From Myxococcota bacterium (GTDB taxonomy: Bacteria; Myxococcota_A; UBA9160; UBA4427), in contig JBDNFB010000068.1 in the NCBI GenBank assembly GCA_041690055.1, forward strand, positions 8,114 to 72,113: a stretch of DNA of 64,000 bases, given 5' to 3'. This document shows, in pieces, positions 12,188 through 21,393 of this stretch. The position numbers were made by a program, and so were the translations under genes. The notes beneath the pieces are model-generated. The model saw only the letters and a program-made list of their open reading frames with translations, had not been told where the DNA came from and did not search any database. Position 1 is the stretch's first letter. Each line of letters starts with the position of its first letter.

Positions 12188-12835
12188 CTAGTCCGGCACG
12201 TAGGCGGTGAGCAAGGGCGTCACCTGATTCGCGAACTCGTTGAAGCGCGCCTCGGCGGCTTCGATATCTCCGAACTCGATCGGGACCGTGAAGCGGACGA
12301 GGGAACCGTCGGTTCGCCCGCGCATCGCTCGGTCGAGGAACATGTAGGAGATCTTCTCGTGATTGCGCGCGATCACGCGGCCCCGGGACTGGTACCAGAA
12401 GTAGACGAGCTGGCGCCGATTGCCTTTGGCGATCACGAAACGCTTCGCTTCGCCACCATGGCCCGCGGTGATCGGGATGATCGTGGAGTCGATTACGTCC
12501 CAGCCGCTGCCGGGGAGGCAATGTTCAGGCGGGTGGATGGCCGAGGCGGTTCCGGTGTCTCGATTGCGTGTTTGTCGTTCGTGGTAGCCGACGTAAAGAT
12601 GCAGAGCCGAGTTGGCGGCCTCATTCACAAAACCGCAAGACACATAGTCAGTGACCTGCAATGTGCGAATGATCTTCTCGTCTAGAACATCCCGGTTTGT
12701 GCATTTCCAATTGCCAATCTCGTTCGGGAATTCGACGAACTGCGCGCGATCAGGAATCACCTCTTCGCTATCGAAGTACCAGTAGACGTAGGTATTCAGT
12801 CCAAGAACCAGCAGCGCGGCGATCATCTTCAGCAT
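12188..12835 (-). CDS. epsI: Exosortase-associated EpsI family protein
   Basis: N-terminal TM helix, IHPPEHCLPGSGW and LVYFWYQSRGRV blocks characteristic of EpsI. The start overlaps the exosortase stop by 1 nt (TAATG on the minus strand). Confidence 0.8.
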   Translation of the reverse strand: MLKMIAALLVLGLNTYVYWYFDSEEVIPDRAQFVEFPNEIGNWKCTNRDVLDEKIIRTLQVTDYVSCGFVNEAANSALHLYVGYHERQTRNRDTGTASAIHPPEHCLPGSGWDVIDSTIIPITAGHGGEAKRFVIAKGNRRQLVYFWYQSRGRVIARNHEKISYMFLDRAMRGRTDGSLVRFTVPIEFGDIEAAEARFNEFANQVTPLLTAYVPD

Positions 12836-13773
12836 TAAGACACGGTCTCCGGGGCGTTAGGAGAAGAGGGCGAGGAGTCCGCTCCGTCGAAGCGGGCCAG
12901 GAGCCATTCGATCAGCTGCCCTTCCCCCAAGAGAAAGAAGAAAGCGAGACCGAAGGTAAATATGCCTTGGAAATCATGGACCACACCGCCGGCCGCTTCC
13001 TCGCCAAAATGATGCGCCAGAAAGCCCGTGAGGGCGACCCGGAAGGCGTTGACCGCGATGGCGATCGGAATCGTAGAGGCCACAAGGAGGAGCTGGATCC
13101 AGAGTACGCCCCGCTTGAAGAAATACGCAAAGACGACCCCCAGAGTCACGAGCGCCATGAGGCTACGGAGCCCACTGCAGGCTTCGTGCACAAAAAGTTC
13201 TGTATGCGCTAGATGAATGATATTGCCTTCGACGAGCGCTGGGATGCCGAGGGATTGCAGGCTCCAGACCGCGAACTTCGCCGCGATCAGCTGAAGCGGG
13301 AAGGCAATCGTGTTCACGAGCGATTGGGGGAGGGGGACCATCAGGAAGAGGAAGAAGAGTGGGAAAGCCAGGATCTTGAAGATGTCCTTCCCGAGCAGGA
13401 GAAGGATCAGGCCGATCAGGGTAAATACGAATCCCATGCGCATGGACATGAGTTCAGTTCCGAGTCGACCAATCGAGAGGGAAGTTAGGCCGATGAACAT
13501 GGGGATGAGGCCGAGCCAGGAGCCCTTGATGGGCGAGTCTTCGAGATCCCATCTGCGTTCATAGGCGAAAAAGAGGGCGAGGGGAACAATCAGAAATCCA
13601 TGCTGATAGTCCTCGACGACGCTCCAGTGATGCACCATGTTGCGCAGGATGGGAAAGTAGACGCCAAAGAGCAGGACGACGAATCCGCACGTGGCATAAA
13701 CCATCGTGCGGCGATCGAAGTCGCCGCCTGCCGCGACCGGACTGGGCGATGGCGTTCCTGTTGCTTCAGACAC
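12835..13773 (-). CDS. Exosortase (XrtA-like, EpsH family)
   Basis: Polytopic membrane protein with YQHGFLIVPLALFF, catalytic-Cys block HEACSGLRS, Arg block AVNAFRVAL and His block VVHDFQG. Confidence 0.85.
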   Translation of the reverse strand: MSEATGTPSPSPVAAGGDFDRRTMVYATCGFVVLLFGVYFPILRNMVHHWSVVEDYQHGFLIVPLALFFAYERRWDLEDSPIKGSWLGLIPMFIGLTSLSIGRLGTELMSMRMGFVFTLIGLILLLLGKDIFKILAFPLFFLFLMVPLPQSLVNTIAFPLQLIAAKFAVWSLQSLGIPALVEGNIIHLAHTELFVHEACSGLRSLMALVTLGVVFAYFFKRGVLWIQLLLVASTIPIAIAVNAFRVALTGFLAHHFGEEAAGGVVHDFQGIFTFGLAFFFLLGEGQLIEWLLARFDGADSSPSSPNAPETVS

Positions 13774-13799
13774 TCGGCGTTCTCCCGTTCCCTAAGCCT

Positions 13800-14969
13800 T
13801 CAGGCCGGCGACTTTTCGGAGACACTCTGGGCCGCCGAAGAACAAGACGTTAGATCCGACTCCAAGATATCAACGATTCGAACAGCGGCATTGCCATCCC
13901 AGAGGGCCGGCCGGCGGCCTTTCGTGGGCGGCGAGGTGCGAAGCGTATGGATGGCTTTCTCGATTTCGGCGGGGTCCGTCCCGACGATGGTGTTCGTCCC
14001 CTCGGTCACGGTGACGGGCCGCTCCGTGCTGTCTCGCAGTGTAAGGCATGGTACGCCTAGTGCGGTCGTTTCTTCCTGGATTCCACCTGAGTCCGTGAGC
14101 ACCATCTGGGCATCCGTCAGAAGTCGAAGGAAGTCGAGATAGCCGAGTGGACCCGTCATATGGAGATTGGGCTTCTCCCCGCCGAGGTTCTGCTCAATCG
14201 CGTTGGCGGTGCGGGGGTGGACCGGGAAGACCACCGGAATCTCGTCATTGAGCCGGCCGAGCACTTCGAAGAGGCGTCGGAGTTGGCCCGCGGAGTCGAC
14301 ATTGCTGGGGCGGTGGAGCGTGAGAACCGCATAGCCTTTAGGCGTGAGGCCCAGGCGTTCGACGGTATCGAGTTCAAGTGCTCGTTCCCTATGCGCTAGG
14401 AGCGTGTCGATCATGACATTACCGACGAAATGAATTTTCTCCTTCGGGATGCCTTCGCGCAGGAGATTCTCTTCTGCGGAGGGCTCGGTCGTAAATAGCC
14501 AATCGGAAACGGAGTCCGTGAGCACGCGGTTGATTTCTTCCGGCATTTTTCGGTCTCCGGATCGTAGGCCCGACTCGACATGCGCCACAGGGATATGCAG
14601 CTTTACCGCGGCCAGAGTCGCGGCAAGCGTCGAGTTAACATCGCCGACCACGAGAAGCGCGTGAGGTTTTCGTTCGATCAGCAGCTTCTCGATTTTGACC
14701 AGGACCTGCGCCGTTTGTTCAGCATGAGAACCCGACCCGACGCCGAGGTTCACATCGGGCTCTGGGATGCCGAGATCCCGGAAAAAGGAATCGGACATGG
14801 CTTTGTCGTAGTGCTGCCCTGTGTGCACAAGGATGGGTTCGAAGCGATCCGGTCGTCGCGCGAATTCCTTCATCAGCGGCGCAATCTTCATGAAATTGGG
14901 CCGGGCACCGGCGACGGCAAGGATGCGGAGGCGCTCAGCTTTTTCGGGGCGGGTCTGGGACATGGTCAT
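13800..14969 (-). CDS. wecB: UDP-N-acetylglucosamine 2-epimerase (non-hydrolysing)
   Basis: RILAVAGARPNFMKIAPL, VHTGQHYD, HVESGLRS and TDSGGIQEE are WecB/MnaA blocks. Confidence 0.9.
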   Translation of the reverse strand: MTMSQTRPEKAERLRILAVAGARPNFMKIAPLMKEFARRPDRFEPILVHTGQHYDKAMSDSFFRDLGIPEPDVNLGVGSGSHAEQTAQVLVKIEKLLIERKPHALLVVGDVNSTLAATLAAVKLHIPVAHVESGLRSGDRKMPEEINRVLTDSVSDWLFTTEPSAEENLLREGIPKEKIHFVGNVMIDTLLAHRERALELDTVERLGLTPKGYAVLTLHRPSNVDSAGQLRRLFEVLGRLNDEIPVVFPVHPRTANAIEQNLGGEKPNLHMTGPLGYLDFLRLLTDAQMVLTDSGGIQEETTALGVPCLTLRDSTERPVTVTEGTNTIVGTDPAEIEKAIHTLRTSPPTKGRRPALWDGNAAVRIVDILESDLTSCSSAAQSVSEKSPA

Positions 14970-15453
14970 GGCTTCCTGCGCTTCGTGTTTCGAGAGAGGG
15001 GAGCCCCGCAGGATCGACCTTCACCGCGTCTGGGCGGGCTGCGGTCGAAAGCGTCCTTCGGGGGAGTTCGGGGAATCGAGGCATCTTCTTTAGCATTGGG
15101 GGGTGGTCTCGGCCGGAGGGTAGGTGACGGAGTTCTGGACGAGTACGCGAGCCACCCGCGGCTTCCGTGCATGTTGAGAACGAACGCCCCCAAAGGGCAA
15201 CAAACGTCGAAAGGGGGATACGGCGGCGGCCGATGGACGGGAAGGTGGTTCCCGTCGGACCACTAAGTATCCATATTTGGAACTCTTTTCCCCAATCCGC
15301 GGAAAAATAAGTCCACCTATGGCTACGATGCGGCACTACTCGATGCGGACTGCGCTCGACCGTTTTTAATAACGCTGTTTTATTTCATAAAGAAGGCCAT
15401 TTTGTGGTGAAAACGATGCAGTCCAGCGAAGTCCGAGGAGCCGAGCTCATCCA

Positions 15454-16902
15454 ATGACGAGTCCTGTCACAGTTCTTGTGGTCGATGACGATCCCGGGAT
15501 TCGAGAGATTCTGAAGACGCTGGCAGAGCGTCATGGATACGACGTCCAAATTGTCGTCGACGGGGAAACTGCGCTCGCGGACCTCGACCGCACGCGGCCG
15601 GATCTGATCGCGCTCGATATGGCGCTGCCGGGCATGAATGGTCTGGAGACGCTTCGCCGGGTCAAGCAGCGCCTGCCCGACGTGCCCGTGGTGATGATGT
15701 CGGGGCAGGGGCAAGCGCGCACAATCGTGGACGCGATGCGACTCGGTGCCGCAGACTTTTTGCGCAAGCCTGTCGAAGTGGAAGAACTCGAAGCGTCGTT
15801 TAAGAAGGCGCTCGAGAGCCGCGCGCTGGAAGATGAAGCGACCGATCTGCGGGGCCGCGTGCGCACGAAGGTCGACGGCCTCTTGATGGGTGGCGACAAC
15901 CCGAAGATGCGGGAAGTCCAGGAGATCATCGAGCAAGTCGCAGACACGGACATCACGGTTCTGATTCGCGGCGAGAGCGGGACCGGCAAGGAAGTGGTCG
16001 CTCGCGCGCTATTCCAGCTTGGCAATCGGCGAAGTCGACCTTTTGTGAAGGTGAACTGTGCCGCCTTGCCCTCGGAGCTCCTTGAGAGTGAGCTCTTCGG
16101 TTTCGAAAAGGGCGCCTTCACCGGTGCGCAGAAGCGCAAGCTCGGCAAATTCGAATACGCGGACCAGGGCACGATCTTTCTCGACGAGATCAGCGAAATG
16201 GCACCCGGCCTCCAAGCCAAGCTGCTTCAGGTTCTGCAGGATGGCGAGTTCTCGCGTCTGGGCGGCGAGTGTGACGTTCGGGTGGATTCACGCATTATTG
16301 CTGCGACTAATCGGAACCTCGAAGACGCTGTGAAGAAGGGCGAGTTCCGCGAGGATCTCTATTACCGCCTGAACGTCGTGACGATCCAGATTCCGCCGCT
16401 GCGCGATCGGATCGATGCGGTCCCTCTGCTGGTTGAGCATTTTTTGGGAATGTACAACGAGCAGTACAATAAGAGCGTCGAAAAGCTTTCGAGCGAAACG
16501 ATGAACCTGCTGATGGGATACCACTGGCCGGGCAACGTGCGCGAGCTCGAAAATATGATCAAACGCATAGTTGTCCTCGGCAGCGAGCAGACCGTGCTTC
16601 AGGAAATAAGCCAGCGCGAAGCACCGTCTCTGCAGACCGGATACGTGGGTGGCCCGGGGGGCTCTGCGGCCAATGACGAGGAGCATGATCTCGCCGCGCT
16701 GGGAGCTGATTTCACGAGTGGCCAGGACCTTGATCTCAAGGCGATCTCGAAGCGCGCATCACAGATTGCTGAAAAGAAGGTAATCGAGCGGGTTCTTGGG
16801 CAGACCCGTTGGAACCGCAAGGAAGCCGCGGAGCGTCTACAGATTAGTTACAAGGCGCTCCTGTACAAAATGAAGGAAAACGGGCTCAGCGAGGGGCGGT
16901 GA
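15454..16902 (+). CDS. Sigma-54-dependent response regulator, second PrsR-like paralogue (no adjacent kinase)
   Basis: Receiver (LIALDMALPGMNG), GESGTGKE, GAFTGA, HTH NRKEAAERLQISYKALLYKM. Same length (482 aa) as, and collinear with, the 9461-10909 product. Confidence 0.85.
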   Translation: MTSPVTVLVVDDDPGIREILKTLAERHGYDVQIVVDGETALADLDRTRPDLIALDMALPGMNGLETLRRVKQRLPDVPVVMMSGQGQARTIVDAMRLGAADFLRKPVEVEELEASFKKALESRALEDEATDLRGRVRTKVDGLLMGGDNPKMREVQEIIEQVADTDITVLIRGESGTGKEVVARALFQLGNRRSRPFVKVNCAALPSELLESELFGFEKGAFTGAQKRKLGKFEYADQGTIFLDEISEMAPGLQAKLLQVLQDGEFSRLGGECDVRVDSRIIAATNRNLEDAVKKGEFREDLYYRLNVVTIQIPPLRDRIDAVPLLVEHFLGMYNEQYNKSVEKLSSETMNLLMGYHWPGNVRELENMIKRIVVLGSEQTVLQEISQREAPSLQTGYVGGPGGSAANDEEHDLAALGADFTSGQDLDLKAISKRASQIAEKKVIERVLGQTRWNRKEAAERLQISYKALLYKMKENGLSEGR

Positions 16903-16939
16903 AGCCACTTGCTAAGCCCGTATCGGTCGGAGAGCTGAA

Positions 16940-17542
16940 ATGAATCGCGTTGGAATGAAATCTCGCTTGGGGGCACTGCTCGCTTTGGTCGTGTTCGGCT
17001 TAGGTTGTGCGAGTGCTGGGGCGCCGCCGCCGCCAGAGCCGCCGCCGGGTGAGCGTGAAGAATACGTAATCGGCATTCCCGATCTTCTGAAGATCGTGGT
17101 CTGGCGCAATCCTGATCTGTCGGTGACTGTGCCGGTCCGTCGCGACGGCAAGATTTCCGTTCCGTTAGTCGACGATATCCAGGCAGAAGGACTGACTCCT
17201 GAACAGCTTAAGGAAGTGCTGACAGAGCAGCTTGCGGAGTTCGTGACCGCCCCAGATGTGACGGTGATCGTCGAAGAAACGCGGAGTCACACGGTGACGG
17301 TGGTGGGCGCTGTGGGTCGCTCGGGCCAGATTTCTTTGACGCGGCAGATGCGCGTGCTCGAAGCGATCGCGACGATGGGCGGCTTCAACGCTTGGGCTCG
17401 CAAGGATCGCGTCAAAGTCATTCGCGAAGTCGACGGTCAGACCGTCGAGTACGTATTTAACTACGGCGCATACAGCGCCGGCAAGGCAACTGCTTCGAAT
17501 CTCTTGCTTCGACCGGGCGACACAATCGTCGTGCCGGACTAG
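16940..17542 (+). CDS. Polysaccharide export lipoprotein (Wza-like periplasmic Poly_export/SLBB)
   Basis: Lipobox VVFGLGC. YVIGIPDLLKIVVWRNPDLSVTVPVRRDGKISVPLVDDIQAEGLT is the Poly_export signature. The C-terminus ends PGDTIVVP. Confidence 0.85.
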   Translation: MNRVGMKSRLGALLALVVFGLGCASAGAPPPPEPPPGEREEYVIGIPDLLKIVVWRNPDLSVTVPVRRDGKISVPLVDDIQAEGLTPEQLKEVLTEQLAEFVTAPDVTVIVEETRSHTVTVVGAVGRSGQISLTRQMRVLEAIATMGGFNAWARKDRVKVIREVDGQTVEYVFNYGAYSAGKATASNLLLRPGDTIVVPD

Positions 17543-17554
17543 CTGAGGGTTCGA

Positions 17555-18778
17555 ATGTTTCGAGCGCGGCTTGGAGCCGTATTGGGGTTGATCTGGATGC
17601 TGGCAGTAGGCTCAGCAGAAGCGGGGGAATTGGGTCTCGCCCTCGACGGTCGCGTCGGTGGTGACAGCAATGTCTTGCGCTCGAGCTTTGACAAGGTCGA
17701 TGATGCGTTCTTCGAATTTTCGCCACGATTTTCTGTCCGTGAGACCCAGCGTGAGTTGACCTACGATTTCTTCTACCGGCCTACCTTCACGACGTATGCG
17801 GAGACCGAGGGGATCGACGGGGTCGATCATCTGATTACAGGCTCAAGCAGCTGGCGGTTCACGCCGCGCGATAACCTGTCAGCGAGCTTGCGATACGGGG
17901 ATCGCCGACAACTGCGCTTCGACGATGCGGATCCCACGCCGATTCTGCTCCTGGTGCCGAGCGATCGCAGCCGGATTCGTCTAACAACCGCGCGGGTCTC
18001 TTATTCGCGGCAGCTGACGCCTGTCTGGTCGGGATACTTCTCCCTGGACCTCGACGATTTCGATTCAGCTCCTGATGATTTTGGTTCGCTGCCCGATACC
18101 CGCGCTTATTCGGGGCGAATCGGCGGGGACCACGCGTTCAATCAGAAGACGTCAGCAGGCCTCTCGGCTTCGGGTCGCTTTCGCGATACCAAGGCTCAAG
18201 GTCCTTCCTCGGCGAAAGCGCTCATCTGGGATGTCTCGATCAATCTGTCTCAGCAGCTATCGGATACGATGAGTATTTCCCTGCAGGTAGGTCCGTCTTT
18301 TATCTCGACCAAAATTGTTCCCGACATCGCACTCCGGGATTTTGTGCCAACGACCTTTACCCAGCAGACCTCGATCTTCGCTTCGGCGAACTTCGAGAAG
18401 AGCTGGAGGAAGGCTCGATTCAATGCTTCCTATGTTCGGTCGGAGTTTCGGGGCGGGATCTCGGTCTCCTCCACGTTTTCAGACGAAGTGGACGTCGATT
18501 TTGTCTACGATTTGACGCGCCGGCTCGTCGCCCGCATGAATGCGAGCTGGAACCAGCGGAAGCAGATCGTTGATATCGAAGGCTTCGGCAATCTGGATAC
18601 GACCCAGTGGCGGGCCGTCTGCACGCTGAGCTACCGCCTGAGCCGGCAGCTCAATCTTATCGGCCAATACGCATTTCGCACGCAAGAAGTCAAAGGCCGC
18701 GCCAACTTTACCGGTGTGGGGGACATTCACACAGGATTTCTTTCACTCCGTTACACATTCGACCCCATTATTTTCTAG
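17555..18778 (+). CDS. Putative outer-membrane beta-barrel protein of the EPS locus
   Basis: Signal peptide MFRARLGAVLGLIWMLAVGSAEA, alternating beta-strand pattern throughout, and a C-terminal aromatic residue (..LRYTFDPIIF). The position matches the uncharacterised OM protein of PEP-CTERM loci. Confidence 0.65.
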   Translation: MFRARLGAVLGLIWMLAVGSAEAGELGLALDGRVGGDSNVLRSSFDKVDDAFFEFSPRFSVRETQRELTYDFFYRPTFTTYAETEGIDGVDHLITGSSSWRFTPRDNLSASLRYGDRRQLRFDDADPTPILLLVPSDRSRIRLTTARVSYSRQLTPVWSGYFSLDLDDFDSAPDDFGSLPDTRAYSGRIGGDHAFNQKTSAGLSASGRFRDTKAQGPSSAKALIWDVSINLSQQLSDTMSISLQVGPSFISTKIVPDIALRDFVPTTFTQQTSIFASANFEKSWRKARFNASYVRSEFRGGISVSSTFSDEVDVDFVYDLTRRLVARMNASWNQRKQIVDIEGFGNLDTTQWRAVCTLSYRLSRQLNLIGQYAFRTQEVKGRANFTGVGDIHTGFLSLRYTFDPIIF

Positions 18779-18793
18779 GGGCTGGTACAAGTC

Positions 18794-20452
18794 ATGAATT
18801 CTGAACAAGGCAATCAAGTGATCGATATTATGGGCCTCGTGCGACGTCGCGGGAAGCTCATTGCGATCGTTTCTGGGGCCCTCATCCTCGTGACCTATTG
18901 GGTCGCGATGGCTCTCCCTAATATGTACGAATCTGCTGCCACGATTCTTGTGGAGCCGCAATCTGTCGATGAAAATCTGGTAAATTCAGGTGTGAACGAG
19001 ACGGATCTAAATGAGCGGCTTGGGATCATGACGTCGGAAATCTTGAGCCGCACTCGCTTGTCCAAAATCATCACGGAATTCGATCTCTACGAAGACGAGC
19101 ATGATGAGATGGAGCGCTTTGAGGTCGTAGATCTGATGCGCTCCTTTATCAGGATCGAACCCGTGACGAATGCCATTGAAGGTCGGCAGGCACGGAATCA
19201 GGATCTCAAGTTCAACACGTTCCGGATCGTCTTCCGGCACGACAGGCCGCTCATCGCGCGCGACGTCGCGCAGCGCGTAGCCAACGATTTCATTAATGCG
19301 AATATCAACAGCCGCACAGAGGTGACGAACAAAAGCCTCGAGTTCATGCAAGATGAGATCAAATCACTGTCTCGCGAACTGGCCACGGTTGAGGGCGAGA
19401 TTTCTGGGATTAAGGCTGAGAATGTGGGGAGCCTGCCTGAGGAATTCGATTCGAACCAGCGCACGCTTCAGTTCGCGATGGCCGGTCTGCGCGACGCGCA
19501 GCGGGTCTACGACGCGGCCATGAACGATGCGGCGTATTGGAATAATCAGGCTCTGACCTCTTCAGATTTTTCGTCGCCGTCCGACTCGACGAGCCCGACG
19601 CATCGCTTGCGCTCGCTCGAGTTGGAGCACAGCAGCATGCTTGCGCGTGGGTTCACGCCGCGGCATCCCGACGTGATTCGCGTCGAAACGGAGATGCGCA
19701 TGCTGAAAGGGCAGATCAGCTCCAATGCGGGAGCAGCGGACGATGTTGACGCCCCGCTCTCGATTGGTGAGCAGAACGCACGGGCGGAGGAAGGAAGAGC
19801 CGAGCTGCGCGCGACTTCCGCCGGAGAAGACATCGAACGGCTGCGCGCCGAGATCGATATCTACGAGAAGCGCCTAGCGGGGACGCCTGGCGTCGCGGAA
19901 CGACTCGACGCACTCACGCGTCGCTACGACCAGCTCGATCGCAGCTATCAGGATTTCAGTGCCCGCCTCCAGCAGGCCGGAGTGCAGGCGGATATGGAGC
20001 GCCGCCAGTTGGGTGAGAAATTCCTGATCCTCGAACCGGCGGAGAAGCCGCGTGAGCCGAGTTCGCCGAATCGGTTCCTATTGCTTGTGCTCGGTACGGC
20101 GTTGGGAATGGCGCTCGGTCTCGGTGTCGGACTTGTTGCGGAGATGACCGACTCGTCCCTCCATACATCGAATCAGCTGCAGGCGGCGCTCGGGATCCCG
20201 GTGCTTGTCTCTGTCCCCAAGATCATGCTCGAATCGGATCGGGCGGCACGCTCCCGAACGATCTTCAGGGAAGCGCTCGCTGCTGCGGCAGTGGTGGCCT
20301 TCGTCCTGATCGGTGGAGTGGCGACCTATGTCATCGTGAATGGCAATTTTGCGGATCGCAAAGCCAATCAGAAAGTAGAAGAAGAAGAAGCGTCGACTTC
20401 GGCGAGTCGATTGAGTCCCGGTGCTTTTGGGCAGGGACTCGGTCGTGGGTAG
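18794..20452 (+). CDS. Polysaccharide chain-length determinant (Wzz/GumC-like, PCP family)
   Basis: N-terminal Wzz block with TM (LIAIVSGALILVTYWVAMALPNMYESAATILVEP), long coiled-coil periplasmic region, and a second TM FLLLVLGTALGMALGLGVGLVAEM. Confidence 0.8.
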   Translation: MNSEQGNQVIDIMGLVRRRGKLIAIVSGALILVTYWVAMALPNMYESAATILVEPQSVDENLVNSGVNETDLNERLGIMTSEILSRTRLSKIITEFDLYEDEHDEMERFEVVDLMRSFIRIEPVTNAIEGRQARNQDLKFNTFRIVFRHDRPLIARDVAQRVANDFINANINSRTEVTNKSLEFMQDEIKSLSRELATVEGEISGIKAENVGSLPEEFDSNQRTLQFAMAGLRDAQRVYDAAMNDAAYWNNQALTSSDFSSPSDSTSPTHRLRSLELEHSSMLARGFTPRHPDVIRVETEMRMLKGQISSNAGAADDVDAPLSIGEQNARAEEGRAELRATSAGEDIERLRAEIDIYEKRLAGTPGVAERLDALTRRYDQLDRSYQDFSARLQQAGVQADMERRQLGEKFLILEPAEKPREPSSPNRFLLLVLGTALGMALGLGVGLVAEMTDSSLHTSNQLQAALGIPVLVSVPKIMLESDRAARSRTIFREALAAAAVVAFVLIGGVATYVIVNGNFADRKANQKVEEEEASTSASRLSPGAFGQGLGRG

Positions 20453-20467
20453 CGGGGCAAACTAGCG

Positions 20468-21361
20468 ATGTACAAAGAGTACTACGGACTCATACGCTCT
20501 CCTTTCGAGATGACGCCAGACCCCTCGTTTTTGTACATGGGCGAGGCGCATCGCGAAGGATTGGCCACCCTCGTCTACGCGGTGAACTCGGGCAAGGGCT
20601 TCGTCATGTTGACGGGTGAGGTCGGGACCGGGAAGACTACGCTGCTGCATGCGCTGCTTTCTCAGCTCGATTCTCAGACGAACTCGGCGTTCATCTTCAA
20701 CCCGCGACTCGATCCGATGGGCTTCTTCCGGATGCTCTTTGATGAGCTGGATGTGGGGCCGGCCTGCGATAGCAAGGCGGAGTATCTGCTTGCGCTGAAC
20801 CACTACTTGATCGAGAAGCTGGCTGCGAACGAGCGCGTGCTTCTGATTGTCGACGAGGCGCAGAATCTTTCGACAGAGATGCTCGAAGAGATTCGGCTGC
20901 TTTCCAACCTCGAGACACCGACCTCGAAGCTGATCCAGATCATGCTGGTGGGTCAGCCCGAGCTCCAGGATCTCGTGGACCAACCCGAGCTCCGCCAGCT
21001 GAGGCAGCGCATTGCACTTAGGCATAGACTGCGCCCCTTCAATCAGCAAGAAATCGATGCCTACGTGAATGAGCGGCTTGCTAAAGCCGGGTATACCGGG
21101 CGTGGGCTGTTCAAGAAGAAGGCGATCAAAGAATTATTCCGCGTGACGGAAGGAACGCCGCGGATGATCAACAACGTATGTGATGGCTCGTTGCTGGCTG
21201 GCTATGCACGACAGCAGTCGATCATTGGTCCCGAAATCATTCTTGAGGTCGCGCACGATCTCGGGTTGGTGGGCAAGGACGAGGTCGAGGGAACGGTCTC
21301 GCAGCCTGATGAGGCGCCTCCGAAGCGCTCACGAAGAAGACTATTCCGGTTCCGTCGCTAA
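20468..21361 (+). CDS. ExeA-like AAA ATPase (PEP-CTERM locus secretion ATPase type)
   Basis: YYGLIRSPFEMTPDPSFLYMGEAHREGL, Walker A GEVGTGKTTLL, Walker B LLIVDEAQNL: ExeA/GspA-like pattern. Confidence 0.8.
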   Translation: MYKEYYGLIRSPFEMTPDPSFLYMGEAHREGLATLVYAVNSGKGFVMLTGEVGTGKTTLLHALLSQLDSQTNSAFIFNPRLDPMGFFRMLFDELDVGPACDSKAEYLLALNHYLIEKLAANERVLLIVDEAQNLSTEMLEEIRLLSNLETPTSKLIQIMLVGQPELQDLVDQPELRQLRQRIALRHRLRPFNQQEIDAYVNERLAKAGYTGRGLFKKKAIKELFRVTEGTPRMINNVCDGSLLAGYARQQSIIGPEIILEVAHDLGLVGKDEVEGTVSQPDEAPPKRSRRRLFRFRR

Positions 21362-21393
21362 GCGAACTGGCCGAAAATTTCAGGAGAGAAAAT

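Noticed and set aside
14966-15193. 75-aa ORF on the minus strand whose stop overlaps the wecB start (ATGA).
   Set aside because: The product is Pro/Arg-rich (typical GC-frame artefact) with no hydrophobic core or motif. The overlap is probably coincidental, though Ribo-seq could test it.
16897-16913. Sigma-54-like element cGGtgaagccacTTGCt at the end of the second activator gene, upstream of the export operon.
   Set aside because: The TTGC is good, but the GG lies 13 rather than 12 nt upstream of the GC and the -24 context (CGGTGA) is poor. Spacing is normally invariant.
17546-17556. gggttcgaatg, reminiscent of a tRNA T-arm (GGTTCGAAT).
   Set aside because: It sits in a 12-nt gap between two CDSs. 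The flanks cannot form acceptor, D or anticodon arms. No tRNA was found anywhere in the window.
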